A stretch of DNA of 64,000 nt, from the NCBI GenBank assembly GCA_902785275.1, contig CACZYB010000003.1, positions 1 to 64,000 of the forward strand, written 5' to 3'. Below are positions 19,049 through 29,854 of this stretch, piece by piece. The notes beneath the pieces are model-generated. The model saw only the letters and a program-made list of their open reading frames with translations. It was not told where the DNA came from and searched no databases. A program made the translations under genes and the position numbers. The stretch is from an uncultured Pseudomonadota bacterium. GTDB lineage: Bacteria > Pseudomonadota > Alphaproteobacteria > Rs-D84 > CACZYB01. Within the stretch, counting starts at the first letter, position 1. Each line of letters starts with the position of its first letter.

Positions 19049-21292
19049 TTACTTAAATCCTTTTTCAAAATTTGCCGAGATTGAATTTCTTGGACATTGG
19101 CCAGCTACTACATTATGGAAAATGTTTTTTACATCTTGTGCTGTATATTTTTTGAAACAAAAATCTAAACGGAAATTTGCAGGATGCAAATCTTTTAACT
19201 TATTCGCAATGCAATATGGAACCTTTTCAAATATATAATGACGGCAATTTTTGATAATTACATTATCGGTGCTTTTACAATTCTTACAATCGCCAAGGCA
19301 ATTATCAGAAATGAAAAGTGGAACATCTCCGTAAATTAAAATATCTGTTTTATCACCAAAATTTTTAAGGATTGTTTGCATATTTTCACAACTATCTTCT
19401 GGAGAAAGAGTTATTCTTTTTGCACCAAGACTTATTAAAAACTCGGATGAAAAATCATTTAGTGTATAAAGGTAATAATCACAAATCCAATCATTGATAC
19501 CAAATTCTTTCATCAAATAAATGCCACTGATATTTGATACAGAAAACTTTGTAAATCCATCATCAATCAAGCGTTTGATTTTTGATTTTAGATTTGGCAT
19601 AACATTGTTTCTGTTTACCACTGGTATAGATACTCTGATTTTTGAAATTAAAGCAGGTGTTTGAATTTTTGAAAAGTCAGCATTTATATCAACAATAACT
19701 TCGGAAATTTTTTCAAAATCCTTTTCATTAAAGTTTGAAATATAGTCTGTATCATCAATTTTTATAACAAAATTTGTTTCGTGATTTTTTACTAAATTAA
19801 CAGGAAATTCAACTGTTGGCAAAACATATTCTGGTTTTTGGGTAAGCTTTTCACAAAGCTCCCTTCTTATATCATTCAATAATGAAATTGGGGCAAAAAA
19901 TCCATCATTATTATATAAAAGATTTCCAAGGGTAAAATTATAATCACCTAGCTTTGAAAATGCGGTTACAACACCATCATGCATTTTTTCTGGATTGTTT
20001 GCCTTTTGAAACGAATCGTGACGGAGAACCGAAATGTTATTGGCTGTAACCTCTATTTTTTCGGAATTCATACTAAATGAAATATCCAAAGAATTTTTTT
20101 CAATATTTTTTGTAAGGACAGTTTCCTTAAACGGATATGATGATTTTGCAATTTGTGATGATGTGCAATAAACATTTGCTCCAATTTCAAAATCAGGTGC
20201 ATCGGTTGGCACGCAAAGTTCAACCTTGTCACCCTTTTCTGCTATAAAGCTTGGCTTTTCATGAACCCACATTTTATCAATCGCAAAACCATATGGGCGA
20301 TCGATACCTGTGATTTCTATTGCCAAACCATCATGCTTTTCAATATGGGATAAAGTTTTGAATGTAATAACATTCCTTTTTATACGTTCAATTTTTCCAA
20401 CAAAAAGTCCACGTGGGCCGGAAAAATCCCTATCTATTACATCCTTGTTTTTACCATTTATGTGCAATGTTGTATAAGGACGTGCAAAAATTCTTTTTAT
20501 ATTATCAAGGCAACCTTTTGTATCGCGACCATCAAGGATACGACGATAATAATCTGCAGTTGCGGCAACATAAAGTGGTGTCTTTTTTCGACCTTCTATT
20601 TTCAATGAAGCAACGCCGATATCACGAAGTTTTAAGATATATTCGTTAAGAGCTAAATCCTTCATAGCATATGGATGTGTTCCGTTATAAAGCTTTCGAC
20701 ATGGGTAAGTACATTTTCCACGATTAGCACTTTCACCCCTTTCGAATGAGGAGTAAAAGCAAAGGCCACTGTATGAATAACAAAGTGCACCATGGATGAA
20801 AACTTCAGTTTCTATACCACAATTTTTTGTAATATTTTCAATTTCAGAAAGGCTCAATTCACGGGCAAGAACCACACGTGAAAAACCAATATCTGCTAAA
20901 ATTTTTGCGCCTTCAAGATTGTGCACAGCCATTTGTGTACTGGCATGCATTTTTAATTTTGGAAAATATTTCTTTATAAGTGGAACAAGAGAAAAATCCT
21001 GTAAAATTATACCATCAACACCTGCAAACTCTGCACTTCCCAATTTTTCGATAAGTTCAGGAATTTCATGATTTTGAATAACTGTATTAATTGCAACATA
21101 AACTGATTTTTTAAGGTTGTGGGCAATGGATGTTATTTTTTCAAGTTCCGAAGATGAAAAATTCATTGCATCTGCACGTGCAGAAAAATTCTTTAATCCC
21201 AAATAAATTGCATCTGCACCATAAGTAAATGCAGAAATTCCACAATCAAAATTTCCGGCAGGTGAAAGCAATTCTACTTTTCTTTTTTCCAT
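19049..21292 (-). CDS. rlhA: U32 peptidase family with DUF3656, RlhA-like (23S rRNA ho5C2501 hydroxylation)
   Basis: ELLSPAG, HASTQ, FIHGALCYSYSGLC, NRGKCTYPCR, LKIEGR; long C-terminal extension. Confidence 0.82.
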   Translation of the reverse strand: MEKRKVELLSPAGNFDCGISAFTYGADAIYLGLKNFSARADAMNFSSSELEKITSIAHNLKKSVYVAINTVIQNHEIPELIEKLGSAEFAGVDGIILQDFSLVPLIKKYFPKLKMHASTQMAVHNLEGAKILADIGFSRVVLARELSLSEIENITKNCGIETEVFIHGALCYSYSGLCFYSSFERGESANRGKCTYPCRKLYNGTHPYAMKDLALNEYILKLRDIGVASLKIEGRKKTPLYVAATADYYRRILDGRDTKGCLDNIKRIFARPYTTLHINGKNKDVIDRDFSGPRGLFVGKIERIKRNVITFKTLSHIEKHDGLAIEITGIDRPYGFAIDKMWVHEKPSFIAEKGDKVELCVPTDAPDFEIGANVYCTSSQIAKSSYPFKETVLTKNIEKNSLDISFSMNSEKIEVTANNISVLRHDSFQKANNPEKMHDGVVTAFSKLGDYNFTLGNLLYNNDGFFAPISLLNDIRRELCEKLTQKPEYVLPTVEFPVNLVKNHETNFVIKIDDTDYISNFNEKDFEKISEVIVDINADFSKIQTPALISKIRVSIPVVNRNNVMPNLKSKIKRLIDDGFTKFSVSNISGIYLMKEFGINDWICDYYLYTLNDFSSEFLISLGAKRITLSPEDSCENMQTILKNFGDKTDILIYGDVPLFISDNCLGDCKNCKSTDNVIIKNCRHYIFEKVPYCIANKLKDLHPANFRLDFCFKKYTAQDVKNIFHNVVAGQCPRNSISANFEKGFK

Positions 21293-21300
21293 TTTTACCC

Positions 21301-22419
21301 CTATAATTTTAAAATAATTTTTCCAACACTTGGATAATCAATTTTGTCATCAAGTTCAAGATTTAAAAGTGCATCATAAATTTGTGTTTGTGAAAATTCG
21401 GGAAGTTCGCGAATAAGTGTATCTGTTGAAATAGGTGTAGAATTTAAAAGGGATAAAATTTTTCCCTGTAAATCACGCGAATCTAAATCCTCACAATCCT
21501 GTGGAAGATAGGAAAGTTTTTCTTCACAAATACCATTAAACAAATCATTTTTTACAAAACTTTCATGTGAAAGTCCATCAATAACAGAAGTTATATCAGT
21601 TGCATTTTCAACCAATATCGCACCATTTTTGATAAGCATATTTGTACCACCAGCCCTTGGATCACGTGGGAAATTTGGCACGACAAAAACTTCTCTGTTT
21701 TGTTCAAGTGCGAATCTTGCAGTTATCAAACTTCCGGATTTTAAGCTTGCCTCCATAATCAAGGTACCATAGGAAAGACCGGAAATAATTCTGTTACGTT
21801 TTGGAAATAAATTTGCCTGTGGTGATGTACCGATTGGCATTTCGGAAACTATAGCCCCCTCATCTATAATTCTGTGATAAAGTTTTGTATTAGATGTTGG
21901 ATAAATATTATCAACACCACCGGCAAGAACGGCAACAGTTTTTAACTTTGTATTATTTTGAGAATTTAACGCACCAATGTGTGCATATGTATCAATACCA
22001 ATTGCCATACCAGAAACAATAGTATATCCAATGGAGCAAAGTTCGTTTGATAAAGCTTCGGTCATTGACTTACTGTTGATTGAAGCATTTCTGGAACCAA
22101 CCATTGCGAATGTTTTTCCATTTAATGCATCAACGTTTCCAAGGACATATAAAACCGCAGGGAAATCAGGAATCTGAGAAAGCAAAAATGGATAATCCGA
22201 ATCGCAAGAAAACAAAATCTTTGCACCAATTTTTTCGGCATTTTCAATTTCTTTTTCGGCAATGGAAATATCTGGAACTTTGTATTTTGTTAATGAAGAC
22301 AAAAACTCAATCGCTTTGGTTGCATTTCCATATTTTCCAATAAGTTTATGGAAGGTAATTTGACCAATACCTTCCGTTCTTAACAACCTTAACCAATCAA
22401 GTTTTTCTTTGTCTGTCAT
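21301..22419 (-). CDS. dprA: DNA-processing protein DprA
   Basis: AMVGSRNAS, VSGMAIGID, FPKRNRIISG, SGSLITA. Confidence 0.97.
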   Translation of the reverse strand: MTDKEKLDWLRLLRTEGIGQITFHKLIGKYGNATKAIEFLSSLTKYKVPDISIAEKEIENAEKIGAKILFSCDSDYPFLLSQIPDFPAVLYVLGNVDALNGKTFAMVGSRNASINSKSMTEALSNELCSIGYTIVSGMAIGIDTYAHIGALNSQNNTKLKTVAVLAGGVDNIYPTSNTKLYHRIIDEGAIVSEMPIGTSPQANLFPKRNRIISGLSYGTLIMEASLKSGSLITARFALEQNREVFVVPNFPRDPRAGGTNMLIKNGAILVENATDITSVIDGLSHESFVKNDLFNGICEEKLSYLPQDCEDLDSRDLQGKILSLLNSTPISTDTLIRELPEFSQTQIYDALLNLELDDKIDYPSVGKIILKL

Positions 22420-23121
22420 TTATTTTTTCTTTTTGGAATCGTCCTTGCTTAACTTTATATTGCTTTCTGTACCTTTAATAAGACGAGCAATATTTGCATG
22501 GTGACGGAAGATTACGAACACTACTGCACCAATATAGAAATATACTAAATATGTTGATGCTTCACCACCGCCAAGGTTATTAAATTTATAAACATAGAAT
22601 GGTATAAGAAGTGCTGTTGTCAAAGCTGAAAGTGATGACTTTTTTGAAATAAATGCAACAGTCAACCATGTTGATAATGCGATTATTGGAAGAACTGGCA
22701 AACCGTAATATTTTTCTGAAAAAAGGAATAATGTACCGAATGCTGTTGCAACACCTTTACCACCTTTGAACTTTAGGTATACTGGATAACAATGTGCGAA
22801 AATTGTAATACCACAAACTGCCATTGTGATATATTCTTCATATAAACCGTATCCTACGAATGTTACAAATTTACCAAACAAAAGTATTGATACTCCATGA
22901 ACGGCAATCATTGCCAAATATGGCTTTAATGCATCAAATAAAAGTGTGGCAAAAGCAAGCAATTTTGAACCAGTTCTTAAAACATTTGTGGCACCTGTAC
23001 TTCCACTTCCTATTTTACGAACATCTTGCTTTAAAAATAGTTTTGTAAGGATAAGTCCGGTTGGAATAGCTCCAATTAAATATGCAACCAAAAATAAAAT
23101 AAATAGGTTTAAGTATAACAT
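22420..23121 (-). CDS. plsY: Glycerol-3-phosphate acyltransferase PlsY
   Basis: GSGSTGATNVLR, FKGGKGVAT, RHHANIARL. Confidence 0.97.
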   Translation of the reverse strand: MLYLNLFILFLVAYLIGAIPTGLILTKLFLKQDVRKIGSGSTGATNVLRTGSKLLAFATLLFDALKPYLAMIAVHGVSILLFGKFVTFVGYGLYEEYITMAVCGITIFAHCYPVYLKFKGGKGVATAFGTLFLFSEKYYGLPVLPIIALSTWLTVAFISKKSSLSALTTALLIPFYVYKFNNLGGGEASTYLVYFYIGAVVFVIFRHHANIARLIKGTESNIKLSKDDSKKKK

Positions 23122-23123
23122 TT

Positions 23124-24830
23124 TTACATCCTTTCAGGTATATTGATTTTAATAATATTTGCGAATTGTTCAAATACTGTTAATGTCATTTGTGATAACC
23201 TTAACCATGATTTTTTAAGGGAAATATTTTCCTCTGGTCCGATTTTACAGTTATGATAGAAATCGTTAAATATGGTTGCAAGTTCATAAATGTATTGAAC
23301 AAGTATGTGAACACCACGAGCTTCGAATGATTTTTCGATTGCTTCATCAAATTCACAAAGTTTCATTGCCAAAGCCTTATCACTTTTATTGGAAAGAATA
23401 ATTTCGGCATCCCTAAAATCTTCTTTTATATCACGAAGAAGAGATTTGATACGAACGGCTGTATATAAAATATATGGCCCTGTTTTACCTTCGAAACTAA
23501 CTGACTTTTCAAGGTTGAAAATATAGTCGGTTGTACGAGGATTGATTAAATCAGCAAACTTTATTGCGGAAACGCCAACATCACGTGCAATTTCATCTTT
23601 TTCGTTATCTGGCAAAGATTTTGTTTTTTCATTTTCATCAACTTTCTTTCGTGCAAAATTTATTGTAGAAGAAATAAGATCAATTAATGAAACATTATCA
23701 CCATTTCTTGTTTTAAGAGGTTTTCCATCTGGACCAAGAACGGAACCAAAGCTTAAATGTTCAAGTTCAGCATTTCCCTTTACCCCAGTAATTTCAGCAG
23801 CAGAAAATACCTGATGGAAATGAAGTGCTTGACGACTATCAACAACATACCAAATAATATCGGCATTTTTTCTTTTTACTCTGTCGTAAAGAGTTCCCAT
23901 ATCTGTCATACCGTACATAACAGCACCGTTACTTTTTAAAACAATAAATGGAGGAACAGGAGAATTGTTCATTGGATAGTCAGCTAAATCAACAACCTCT
24001 GCACCTTCGGACATTTTGGTAAAACCTTTTTTTCTAAACTCTGGTACAAGGAAATTTATATCATCATTTGCATCGGATTCACCAAGCCACAAATCAAAAT
24101 CAACGTTAAGTAATGATAAAGTCTTTTTTATATCATCAACGGAAGTTTTTCTGAAGCTATTCCATATTTCTCTGTTTTCTTTATCTCCATCTTGAAGTTT
24201 TTTTGTTTCTTCCTGGGCAGTTGCCATAAATGTTTCATCAACTTTGGAACGTTTGGATGCTTCTGGATAAATTGGATTAAGTTCATCAACAGTCAATGGA
24301 AGTTTTAAACCCCTTTCTTTGATAGAAGTAATAATCAATCCCATTGGTAAACCCCAATCGCCAAGATGAGCATCACCAATAACATTGTGACCAACAAATC
24401 TTGCAAGATTTTTTAATGCTTCACCAATAATACTTGGGCGAAGGTGTCCAACGTGAAGTGACTTTGCAACATTTGGACCACCGTAATCAACAATAATTTT
24501 TTTAGGATTATCTTGGATATGAGGAGCAAATGTTTCACGTGAAACAATTTCTGATACAAAATCATTTCCAACAACGATATTTATAAAACCTGGGCCATCA
24601 ATCGAAACGGTTAAATTTTTGTTATCGATTTTTTCGACAATTTCGGTTGCAATTTGGCGTGGATTTTTTTTCAATGCTTTTGCTAAACCCATCGCAATAT
24701 TTGATTGAAAATCGGATAAATCTGGACGATCAGAATTTTTTAAAATCTGCATCCCAGCGGGAATATCAATACCACAATCAGAAACTGCCTTAACCAAAAT
24801 TTCTTCGATTTTATTTTTTAATTTATTCAT
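23124..24830 (-). CDS. argS: Arginine--tRNA ligase
   Basis: PNVAKSLHVGHLR, HLGDWG, GPYILY. Confidence 0.98.
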   Translation of the reverse strand: MNKLKNKIEEILVKAVSDCGIDIPAGMQILKNSDRPDLSDFQSNIAMGLAKALKKNPRQIATEIVEKIDNKNLTVSIDGPGFINIVVGNDFVSEIVSRETFAPHIQDNPKKIIVDYGGPNVAKSLHVGHLRPSIIGEALKNLARFVGHNVIGDAHLGDWGLPMGLIITSIKERGLKLPLTVDELNPIYPEASKRSKVDETFMATAQEETKKLQDGDKENREIWNSFRKTSVDDIKKTLSLLNVDFDLWLGESDANDDINFLVPEFRKKGFTKMSEGAEVVDLADYPMNNSPVPPFIVLKSNGAVMYGMTDMGTLYDRVKRKNADIIWYVVDSRQALHFHQVFSAAEITGVKGNAELEHLSFGSVLGPDGKPLKTRNGDNVSLIDLISSTINFARKKVDENEKTKSLPDNEKDEIARDVGVSAIKFADLINPRTTDYIFNLEKSVSFEGKTGPYILYTAVRIKSLLRDIKEDFRDAEIILSNKSDKALAMKLCEFDEAIEKSFEARGVHILVQYIYELATIFNDFYHNCKIGPEENISLKKSWLRLSQMTLTVFEQFANIIKINIPERM

Positions 24831-24855
24831 CTTATAATACTTTCTTATCTACAAA

Positions 24856-25842
24856 TTAAATTAAACCAAGTGTTTTTTTCACATCATACAAAGTTTTTGA
24901 AGAAACTTCTCTGGCACGTTTTGCACCAGCATTCAAAATTTCATCAATCTTTGATTTATCCATCATAAGTTCGTTATACTTTTCACGATATGGACGAAGA
25001 TAATCATTTACTGTTTGTGCCAAAACTTTCTTTGCATCACCATAACCAATTCCTCCATCAAGGAAGTGTTGCATATAATCAGCATCCACATTGAACATCT
25101 TCATCAAACGATACAAAAGACAATCAGGTGACTTTTTATCAGTTGGGAGAAGACTGTCAGTTGGGATTTTCATAATACGTTTTTTTGTATCTTCCTCAGT
25201 TGTGAAAAGAGGAATTGTATTATTATAGGACTTACTCATCTTTCGACCATCCAACCCCAAAATAGAATCTTGATGTTCAATAAATTCAACAGGTAATGTC
25301 AAAACTTGTTTTTTATGAACTGAATTGAATGAATTTGCAATATCACGAGCAATTTCAATATGTTGTTTTTGATCCAAACCTACAGGAACTACATCTGACC
25401 TCATAACCAAAATATCCGAAGCCATAAGGATTGGGTATGTATATAAACCCATATTAACGTTATCATCATTGCCATCACGTTCCAATATTGCCTTGTATGC
25501 ATGGGCACGGTTCATTAACCCCTTTGGAGTGTAATTCATAATTATTGAAGTTAATTCAAAAACTTCTGGGATATCAGATTGACGATAGAAAACAGTTTTT
25601 TTTGTATCCAAACCAAATGCCAAAAATGTTGCGGCAACCTCGTATGTTTTATCCCTTAAGAAGTCAACATCCTTTACCCCATTTAATGCATGAATATTTG
25701 CAATAAAGATATAAGATTCAGCAGACGAATTATTTGCCATAGTAATTGCAGGCAAAATCGCACCGTAAAGATTACCGATATGAGGATCGCCGGTTGGCTT
25801 TACCCCAGTTAACACTTTTTTATTTTCCAAACTATTTTCCAT
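24856..25842 (-). CDS. trpS: Tryptophan--tRNA ligase
   Basis: HIGN, YPILMASD, VPVGLDQKQH, KMSKS. Confidence 0.98.
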   Translation of the reverse strand: MENSLENKKVLTGVKPTGDPHIGNLYGAILPAITMANNSSAESYIFIANIHALNGVKDVDFLRDKTYEVAATFLAFGLDTKKTVFYRQSDIPEVFELTSIIMNYTPKGLMNRAHAYKAILERDGNDDNVNMGLYTYPILMASDILVMRSDVVPVGLDQKQHIEIARDIANSFNSVHKKQVLTLPVEFIEHQDSILGLDGRKMSKSYNNTIPLFTTEEDTKKRIMKIPTDSLLPTDKKSPDCLLYRLMKMFNVDADYMQHFLDGGIGYGDAKKVLAQTVNDYLRPYREKYNELMMDKSKIDEILNAGAKRAREVSSKTLYDVKKTLGLI

Positions 25843-26016
25843 AATACACCTATATTAATATTTATTTTGTTGTCCTATGATTCTAATATATGTATGGGGA
25901 TTTGTAAAGTTAAGATTTTTTGCTAAGAAAATACTAAATTTTATCAAATAATTATTGACAAAAATAATTTTATAGTATAAATTTTAATCATATAAATTTT
26001 TAAAAGGGCTTTTAAA

Positions 26017-27321
26017 ATGAATAAATTTTTCGATAAATCAAAGATTTACAACTATGTAATAGCAGGTATTTTCTTGGTTACTGCTATGATATTTATTAAA
26101 AATATGTCTTCGTTTATTTGGAATTTTGATATAACAAACAGACGTCAACTTATTACCTTTTTGAAAAATATAGTTAATGGAAAGGCCTTTTTATCAGGAA
26201 AACAGTTATCCTTTTTAATTACATTTGTTGGCTCTGTATGCGTTGTAGTAAGTGGTAGTATGATTGCAATGCAGATAAAACTTTCAAAATCCAATGATAA
26301 CACTAAACCAGAAGAAAGTAAATCCGAGGAAGCGGAAAAAACTTTATCAAACAGTAATGAAAATGCGGTTACTTCTATTATCGCAAATGCAAAAACAGAA
26401 GAAAAAAATAAGGTCCTAGAAGAAGCTAAACCTGAAGAAGAAAAAGAAAATGAACGATTTGCAATGTATGGTAACGGTCAAAATCCAAATAATACTGTAA
26501 ATAAACCTAATGAAATTGCAATAGAACCAATAGAAAAAAATGAAAATCTTGAAAATTCAGAAATAGAAGAAGAAGAAAGAGCAAGACTTCAAGCTAAAAT
26601 CAAAGAAATTATGAAAAAGATGAAGGAAAAACAAGAAGCAGAAGAATCTTCATCTGAAAATATTGCTAAACCAGCGGAAAAAGTTGAAGAAAAACCTGTA
26701 AATTCAGAAAAACTTCTTTCAAAAGTTGAATTTTCAAAACCTTTGGATGCAGAAAAAGTTGAAAAAATCGATATGAACTTTAAAAACATATCCGAAGAAG
26801 AAAACAATGTGATGGAACAAATTGTTATCTCTGCTGGATTTAAGCTTTTAAGTGAAATAAGAATTGGTTCAACAGGTATTGATTACCTTGGTGTTGCAAA
26901 AGATAAAATTGCTATAATCCAACTTGATACAACAAATGGTAACTGGTTCGCATCAGAAGACAAAGTTGAAGGTAACCAGACACCTGTTTGGTTCAGTGAA
27001 GAAGGAAACAAAATTTCCCCAGTATTCCGTGCATTACAAGCAAAATCAGACATAGAAAGACTTCTTAAAGATCAGGTAAATCTACCGATTGAAACAATAG
27101 CATGTCTTACAAACAGTAGTGTTGTAAATTACTCTGAATTTGAAGAAAAATGGAATGAACTTGGCGTAAAAGTTGTAAAACTTAACGAATCAGAATATGA
27201 CGACTTTGGTGATGTAAAGACTATTTCAGATATATATCCAGCACAAAGTCAGGAAGAAATTTCTGAACCAGAAATGAATAAAGTTATTTCCATCCTTGAA
27301 AAGGCTGAAATTCCAGAATAA
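26017..27321 (+). CDS. Membrane-anchored protein with acidic linker and C-terminal NERD/PD-(D/E)XK-like domain
   Basis: Two N-terminal hydrophobic helices, E/N/K-rich linker, then IDYLGV..IAIIQLD..G.W ..W ..SPV pattern. Confidence 0.55.
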   Translation: MNKFFDKSKIYNYVIAGIFLVTAMIFIKNMSSFIWNFDITNRRQLITFLKNIVNGKAFLSGKQLSFLITFVGSVCVVVSGSMIAMQIKLSKSNDNTKPEESKSEEAEKTLSNSNENAVTSIIANAKTEEKNKVLEEAKPEEEKENERFAMYGNGQNPNNTVNKPNEIAIEPIEKNENLENSEIEEEERARLQAKIKEIMKKMKEKQEAEESSSENIAKPAEKVEEKPVNSEKLLSKVEFSKPLDAEKVEKIDMNFKNISEEENNVMEQIVISAGFKLLSEIRIGSTGIDYLGVAKDKIAIIQLDTTNGNWFASEDKVEGNQTPVWFSEEGNKISPVFRALQAKSDIERLLKDQVNLPIETIACLTNSSVVNYSEFEEKWNELGVKVVKLNESEYDDFGDVKTISDIYPAQSQEEISEPEMNKVISILEKAEIPE

Positions 27322-27409
27322 TTTTCTTATTAAAAGATAGGCTTTACTTTTTTAAAAAAATTTTATATAGTATTTCAATATTTTATTAAAAAACTGAAAA
27401 GGATATAAA

Positions 27410-27871
27410 ATGTTTAAAAAGAAAAAAGATATAAATTCTCTTGTAAGTGAATTAGTAGCTCTTTTAAATCAACACAATCTTTCTGAAATTGAATATGAAA
27501 GAAATGGTCAAAGAATAAAAATTTCAAATGCAAAAGGTGGTGCAATTATCGCCGGTGGTGTTATGCCTGCTGTTACTTCCGCTCCTGCTCAAACAACAAA
27601 TGGTGCAAATGCTTCTGCTAATGCTGCTCCTGATTACTCAAACGCATTCAAATCACCTATGGTTGGTGTTGTTTATATGAAACCAGAACCATCAGCAAAA
27701 GAATTTGTTGTTGAAGGTCAATCTGTTAAGAAAGGTGATACTCTTTGCCTTATCGAAGCAATGAAAACATTCAATCCTGTAAAGGCTCCTAAAGATGGAG
27801 TTATCAAAAAGATTCTTGTAAAAGATTCTGAAACTGTTGAATACGAACAACCTTTATTCGTTATTGAATAA
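27410..27871 (+). CDS. accB: Acetyl-CoA carboxylase biotin carboxyl carrier protein
   Basis: SPMVG, EAMKT biotinylation motif. Confidence 0.98.
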   Translation: MFKKKKDINSLVSELVALLNQHNLSEIEYERNGQRIKISNAKGGAIIAGGVMPAVTSAPAQTTNGANASANAAPDYSNAFKSPMVGVVYMKPEPSAKEFVVEGQSVKKGDTLCLIEAMKTFNPVKAPKDGVIKKILVKDSETVEYEQPLFVIE

Positions 27872-27883
27872 GCGAGGATAAAT

Positions 27884-29305
27884 ATGTTTAAAAAAATACT
27901 TATTGCAAATCGCGGTGAAATAGCTTTGCGTGTCATTCGTGCTTGTCGTGAAATGGGCATAAAGACCGTTGCTGTACACTCTACCGCTGATAATGATGCA
28001 ATGTATGTAAAAATGGCAGACGAATCCGTTTGTATTGGACCTGCTTCATCCGCTGAATCTTATCTTAAGATGTCTGCTATTATTTCTGCTGCTGTTGTTA
28101 CAAATGCAGATGCAGTACACCCTGGATATGGATTTTTATCAGAAAATGCAGAATTTGCAGAAATGTTAGAAGCTCATGGTATCGAATTTATTGGACCAAC
28201 TCCTGAGCATATTCGCCGTATGGGTGATAAGGTTGAGGCAAAACGTACTGCGATTGAACTTGGCATTCCTGTTGTTCCAGGAAGCAAGGGCGCTCTTAAT
28301 ACAATTACAGAAGCAATGAAAACTGCAAAAGAAATTGGTTACCCTGTTATTGTGAAGGCTGCATCCGGTGGTGGTGGTCGTGGTATGAAAATCGCCTTTA
28401 ATGAAGAAGAACTTAAGGCTCAGTTCCCTATTGCAAGAAGTGAGGCAAAGGTTGCTTTTGGTGATGACCGTGTTTATATGGAAAAATACCTTGTTAACCC
28501 AAAACATATTGAAATACAACTTATCGGCGATAAGTTTGGTAATGTTGTAACTTTGGGTGAACGTGATTGCTCTATGCAACGTAAGAATCAAAAGATTATA
28601 GAGGAAGCTCCTGCTTCTATCCTTACAAAAAAACAAAGTCAGGATATTCAAACTATTGTTAGAAAAGCAATGGAAAAATTAAAATATCGTGGTGCTGGTA
28701 CTATTGAATTCTTGTTCGAAAACGGAAAGTTCTATTTCATGGAAATGAATACAAGACTTCAGGTGGAACACCCTGTAACAGAACAAGTTTACGAAGTTGA
28801 TTTGGTAAGGGAGCAAATTCGTGTTGCAGAAGGTCAAAAACTTTCGTTTAAACAAGAAGATATATACCCACATTGTCACGCAATTGAATGCCGAATCAAT
28901 GCCGAAGATCCAGAAACATTCGTTCCATTCCCTGGTACTGTGAAATATTATCACGCTCCTGGTGGACTTGGTGTTCGTGTGGATAGCGGTCTTTATTCTG
29001 GATACAAGATTCCATCTTGTTATGATAGTATGATTGCGAAAGTTATTACTTTTGCTCCTACTCGTGATGGTGCGATTACAAAAATGTACTATGCTCTTTC
29101 AGAAATGATTGTTGATGGTGTTAAAACATCAATTCCTTTGCAACAAGAACTTTTGAAACAAAAAGAATTTGTTGATGGAACTTACCCTATACACTGGCTT
29201 CAGGACTATATTGCCGAAAAAACAAAGGCAAAAGAAGAAGTCGTTGAGGAAAAAGCTCCGGCAAAGAAGAAAAAATCTTTGGTTGGAAGAAAAAAGTCAA
29301 AATAA
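27884..29305 (+). CDS. accC: Biotin carboxylase
   Basis: IANRGEIA, HPGYGFLSEN, EMNTRLQVEH. Confidence 0.99.
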   Translation: MFKKILIANRGEIALRVIRACREMGIKTVAVHSTADNDAMYVKMADESVCIGPASSAESYLKMSAIISAAVVTNADAVHPGYGFLSENAEFAEMLEAHGIEFIGPTPEHIRRMGDKVEAKRTAIELGIPVVPGSKGALNTITEAMKTAKEIGYPVIVKAASGGGGRGMKIAFNEEELKAQFPIARSEAKVAFGDDRVYMEKYLVNPKHIEIQLIGDKFGNVVTLGERDCSMQRKNQKIIEEAPASILTKKQSQDIQTIVRKAMEKLKYRGAGTIEFLFENGKFYFMEMNTRLQVEHPVTEQVYEVDLVREQIRVAEGQKLSFKQEDIYPHCHAIECRINAEDPETFVPFPGTVKYYHAPGGLGVRVDSGLYSGYKIPSCYDSMIAKVITFAPTRDGAITKMYYALSEMIVDGVKTSIPLQQELLKQKEFVDGTYPIHWLQDYIAEKTKAKEEVVEEKAPAKKKKSLVGRKKSK

Positions 29306-29314
29306 AAAAAATTT

Positions 29315-29338
29315 TCCCCCGTCTTGGGGGATTTTTTT
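29315..29338 (+). terminator. Intrinsic terminator after accC
   Basis: TCCCCC-gtctt-GGGGGA followed by a T-run. Confidence 0.8.
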
Positions 29339-29463
29339 GACAATTTTTTTGAAATGAAAGAAAAATGTTGATTTTTCAAAAACTTCTGTTATACTTTTCC
29401 CAAGTTTTTAAGAACTTTTCATAAAATTTTTAGAAACAATTTACTCAAAAAGGGGGTGAAATT

Positions 29464-29670
29464 ATGGTTAAAGTTCTTGTACGTGATAACAATGTTGAAC
29501 AAGCTCTTCGCGTTCTTAAGAAAAAAGGACAAAAAGAAGGACTTCTTCGTGAAATCAAAGAAAGAAGATACTTTGAAACTGGTACTGCTGCTAAAAAACG
29601 TATGAAAAACGAAGCTGTACGTCGTGAAAGAAAAAGAATTTCAAAGGAAAGACAACTTCTTGGTTTCTAA
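29464..29670 (+). CDS. rpsU: 30S ribosomal protein S21
   Basis: VLVRDNNVEQALRVLKKK..EG, alphaproteobacterial S21 pattern. Confidence 0.97.
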   Translation: MVKVLVRDNNVEQALRVLKKKGQKEGLLREIKERRYFETGTAAKKRMKNEAVRRERKRISKERQLLGF

Positions 29671-29854
29671 GATTTATTTTTTTGAAATTGTCCCTCGATT
29701 TTTCGGGGGATTTTTTTATTTCTAAAAAAGCAAATAAAAATAAAATTTACAGATTATTATATTAAATGGTTTAAGTAAACGAGCCACATTTATCTTGATT
29801 TTTTGGGTAATAAAGACTATCTTTTATACATAAATAAAGAAAAGGTGTTTTGCA

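Noticed and set aside
21301-22419. dprA plus comF plus secretin as a dedicated competence cluster
   Set aside because: The genes are far apart, dprA and comF are widespread in non-competent bacteria, and no comEC or pilins are in the window.
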